DNA of 51,472 nt, filler included, from Sphacelaria rigidula (Eukaryota): NCBI GenBank assembly GCA_964200075.2. It is 4 parts of 4 records of this genome, joined end to end, with 100 filler letters (N's around TTAATTAATTAA, not from the genome) between each part and the next. Parts side by side here need not be neighbours in the genome. Positions count along the whole stretch, not along the records: positions 38,681 to 51,472 come from CAXNAA020003415.1; 3 more parts are not named here. The stretch is one strand, 5' to 3'. The position numbers were made by a program, and so were the translations under genes. Position 1 is the first letter of the stretch; each line of letters begins with the position of its first letter. Under the pieces are notes generated by a model that had not been told where the DNA came from, did no database searches, and worked only from the letters and a program-made list of their open reading frames with translations. This document shows positions 48,046-51,472 of this stretch, piece after piece.

Positions 48046-49691
48046 TACAGTATAGTATAATGGTTGAGCTCGTTTCACGGTCCTTCTTTTTCACATGCAC
48101 AAATCGGTCGCGCAACCATAGCCGTAGTTCGTGACTACTGTACTACAGCCATTCGTGGTGGTGAGCAATGAGCTTTGGTCGAAGTAGAACGGATTATTTT
48201 ACGAAAATCGTCATCGTTTGAAATAGATCGCTTCCTGGCGGCGCCCTTGACGATGTTCCGACGGTATTGTAAAAACTGTTTCGCTTCTGCACCCAACCAG
48301 TTCCTCGGTCTCTCGTGACGATTCGGACGAGAGGTGGAGATTTCTAGCCGCGGTACGTTTCAAGGCACACGACATGCACTCATGTTCTGCGCATGCTGTA
48401 TCATACTGTGAACAGCAAACGAAATAGTAGGATTCACACGTGCTCATGGAACAATTTGCCTGCGATCTTTTCATGAGGGGTTCACATGCACGCAAAGATC
48501 CATCATGATGTCGCGCGGAGAATAGAACACGGACGGCGGCATCCGCCTTTTTTTCTTCCCGTTCGAGTCTACAGCGGAGAGGGGGGTTCAACTCAAGGGT
48601 TTGCGTATCACTTACTCTCGACTACCGTCGGGTCGACGGAGGACGTTGGGGGGGGGGGGTAAGATACGATTGAAGTGCCAAGTGAAATCTACCGAGGCCC
48701 TCGGGATTAACATGTCTGACAGATCATGATCCGTCTGCAAATTACTTATTTTCAGTATGTTGATCCGGATCATGATCCGGGTCATTTGAACCCCCTTTTC
48801 CACGTTCGCTCCTTAGAGCGCCGGATGCTGAGCACGTCGAGTAGCGCAAAGGTTGCGCTTTGGCTTTCCAGACTCCGCAATCACATATTTTGTGTTTTTA
48901 CATCAAAAGATTCTAGAGTCGTCTCTGATTAGTTGATTCAGACAGATCATGATTTGTCCGACGTGTGCACGGATTCCTTGTCCTGTCAATAGCTCATCAT
49001 GGGTTGCCTCACTTCCCCTCGAGATCTCTTTCGTGCTCGAGATGCACGAGTTCTTGATCGACGCTACCTCTTGTTTTTCACAGCATCCACGGACGACAGG
49101 CGTTTCTAGTGTTTTCGGTGCTGGGTTGCTGTTCCTCGCGGTATACCTTTGATCCGCGTCTCTGTGCGTCCATACGGAACGTGAAGTTGATTCTCATCAT
49201 GACATAAACGCCTCCTGTGTCTGATTTTCCACTTGTCAAAACACATGGATTTCAGTATCATGTCCTCGGGAAGGAGTTTCGAACTCTGTGGCCATGTGGG
49301 ACGAGATTGAATTTGCTCGCAATAAGTCGCCAGCAGCAACGCTATCCTTGCCTCGTACGCGACGATAATCCTTTACCGTGTTCTTTTGGCCGTCTCCAAC
49401 CACTGCAACCATTTGAACGCCCAAACCCGTGGTTGGGCGCTAAACGAACAGTCTTTTGAGGAGGTTCGGAATTAAGTAGTTCATTTTACTGGACGCAACG
49501 CTTACACAGGATAAACCGTTGCCGAGCGCGATGTGTACATATAGACAACACAGAGATGAGGTCAAACGCGTGGCGAAGACTGCGACCAGAGCCGGAAAAC
49601 ATCCTCTTTTTTCGTGTTTGGTACGTTGGGTGATCATTGCCGATGTAGTCAAAATTACCTTACCTAAAAGTAGGTCAGAGTGAGCAATGAA

Positions 49692-50110
49692 CAGTGGATT
49701 CTCGAAAATGGGGTTGAAAAAACAAATCAGGTTCCACTCAAAAGCCGTGCTTTCCCCGACCGAAATTCATGATGGATGACTTTCATGTGGACCACCCCGT
49801 CCCTCCCGACCTCCCTAAAACTATTTCGGGGGAATTGTAGCCTTCCATTTCCCCAAAGGGTATGTGCGAAAGCACATTTTTGAGTCGATCTCGGGGGCGA
49901 AAAAAGGACGTTTTTTGTCCCCAAAATCGTGCGTTCGCACATATCCTTTGGGGGAACGGAAAGCCAAATATCCCTCGAAATAGTTTTGCGGAGGTCGGGA
50001 GGGATGGGGTGATCCATATGAAAATCATTTGTCATGAGTTTAGGTCAGGGAAAGAATGGCTTTTGAGTTGAACCTCGTTTTTTTTCAACTCCATTTTCGA
50101 GAATCCACTG
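49692..50110. mobile_element. Fold-back element family F2 (~190-bp inverted arms)
   Basis: CAGTGGATTCTCGAAAATGGGGTTGAAAAAA... is mirrored by ...TTTTTCAACTCCATTTTCGAGAATCCACTG; the inner arms pair up to ccccaaagggtatgtgcgaa / ttcgcacatatcctttgggg. Confidence 0.85.
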
Positions 50111-50281
50111 TTGATTTGAAGGGAAACACAGATGACCATTACGACCAATCAGAACCATCAGAACGAAACACCCCACCCGCTCAGTCAAGCCTGTTGCCTG
50201 TTCTGGAGCTTTACTGGAAACACGCATGGCTGGCCTGGAGAGCTTTTCCTGATGATCTGGGAGCCCTCGAAATTTTGATGC

Positions 50282-50830
50282 GAATACCAAACCTTTCCTC
50301 CCGTGTTCTTTTCCTCTCTTCGTGAGTTATTGGCAATTTTGTTCCGATAAAACTGTTCTGAAATTTTACGCCGCCAATAACGCACGGAGGAAACCAAAAA
50401 CATGAGAGGGAAGGTTTGGTATTCGCACATACGTCCTGTACGTGTCAAAATTTCATCAAAAACGATCCACAAATGAGCGAAGAGTATGCGTCATTCCGTC
50501 GACAACCGGTTACTATAGTATATGGAGGTGGACCAGTTACGAATATTTCAAACGCATTCATGCCGTTCAATTTCAAGCTAATTTCGATGAAATTTTGACA
50601 CGATGTACAGGGCGTGTGTTCAAATACCGAACCTTCCCTCCTTTGTTTTTTGTTTTTCTTCGTTAGTTATTGACAGTTTTGTTCCGAAAAACTGTCGTGA
50701 AATATTCCATTGCCAATAACTCACGTAGAAGAACAAGAAAACAAATGGGAGGAACGAAGGGGTGTTCACCCATACGTCCTGTACATCATGCCAAAATTCA
50801 TCGAAAACGACTAAGTATTGAGCTCGGGAA
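50282..50830. repeat. Two tandem, internally palindromic units (period ~340 bp)
   Basis: aatacc.aacctt.cctc...cttcgt.agttattg.ca.ttttgttccga.aaaactgt..tgaaat.tt...gccaataac.cacg...catacgtcctgtac occurs at ~50283 and ~50623. Each unit folds on itself (gaataccaaacc / ggtttggtattc in unit 1). Confidence 0.7.
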
Positions 50831-51364
50831 TTGTGGTACAGTTTGTGCGGCACCACGCGGAACAGAACTGATGGTAACCGAAAATCCAATCTCAGCCATT
50901 CTCCTTTGGCTAATTCCGCCGCACACAGTACCCTCAACTCTATAAACTTTCGCACTTGACTACAGTTTGGTATTTCGTTTGATGAGACCTCGTCGGATCG
51001 TAGTGCTACATGGATTTGAAAAGCGCTGATATGCCGATTACCACGATTTATCATAGTAGGCACAAATCCCGATACATCGTCAGCTAGAACGAGCTGGAAA
51101 AAAGTGAGCTTCTTGGGCGGCCCAGCCTGTAGCCTGTTCCGGCGACAACCCGGTGTGCTACAGCCCAGTTTTGCATGGAAGAACCTCCGTTAGGGTTGGC
51201 TTCGGGTGGCAATGACGCTGTGAAACACGTCACTCACTGCGTGAGCTAGGCAACCAGGTTACCGATTTCTTTTTGCCCCCTTCCGTTTTATTCCTAGTAA
51301 CGACAATGGTGGTCGAGTTAGATCATACCGTGCGAGGTGGGAGAAGCTCGATTCCGCGCAAAGG

Positions 51365-51460
51365 GGGTGATCAGATTACGTAGTTGCCCGATCAAACGAC
51401 TAAGGCAAGCAACAAATGAGTACGCCCCTCCACCGCCCCACGCCCCCCCCCTCCCCCCCG
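51365..51460 (+). repeat. Dispersed repeat shared with 13350-13425
   Basis: aaacgactaa.gcaagca.caaatgagtacgcccc followed by a C-rich run at both sites; a shorter trace lies at ~12907-12932. Confidence 0.6.
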
Positions 51461-51472
51461 ACTACCGGTAAA

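Overview
This window is not one locus. It is four unrelated scaffolds of about 12.8 kb (1-12794, 12895-25688, 25789-38580, 38681-51472) joined by artificial 100-bp spacers (44 N + TTAATTAATTAA + 44 N). The DNA is eukaryotic and intron-rich, with roughly balanced GC content. The gene structure and content best fit a brown alga or other stramenopile; this is an inference. Four spliced genes can be rebuilt by hand with consistent exon phases. Contig 1 holds the last two exons of WDR36/UTP21 (+), convergent with the 3' eight exons of a THADA/Trm732 homologue (-), which has a GC-AG intron. Contig 2 holds the 3' five exons of a probable transmembrane-RGS (plant RGS1-like) G-protein regulator (+). 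Contig 3 holds a large EF-hand + WD40 gene (-). Contig 4 has no recognisable gene. Introns and intergenic DNA are packed with non-autonomous mobile elements: two tRNA-headed SINE families, Tc1/mariner-type TA-flanked elements with internal palindromes, Sola2-like elements with 4-bp TSDs, a PIF/Harbinger-like element, piggyBac-like mini-elements, and long fold-back elements with no TSD at AA|TT junctions. Most listed ORFs are spurious. I found no CRISPR, rRNA, true tRNA or intact transposase, and no convincing novel multi-gene system. The most notable items are the TM-RGS gene and the unusual repeat families. Family assignments rest on motifs recalled from memory, not on database searches.
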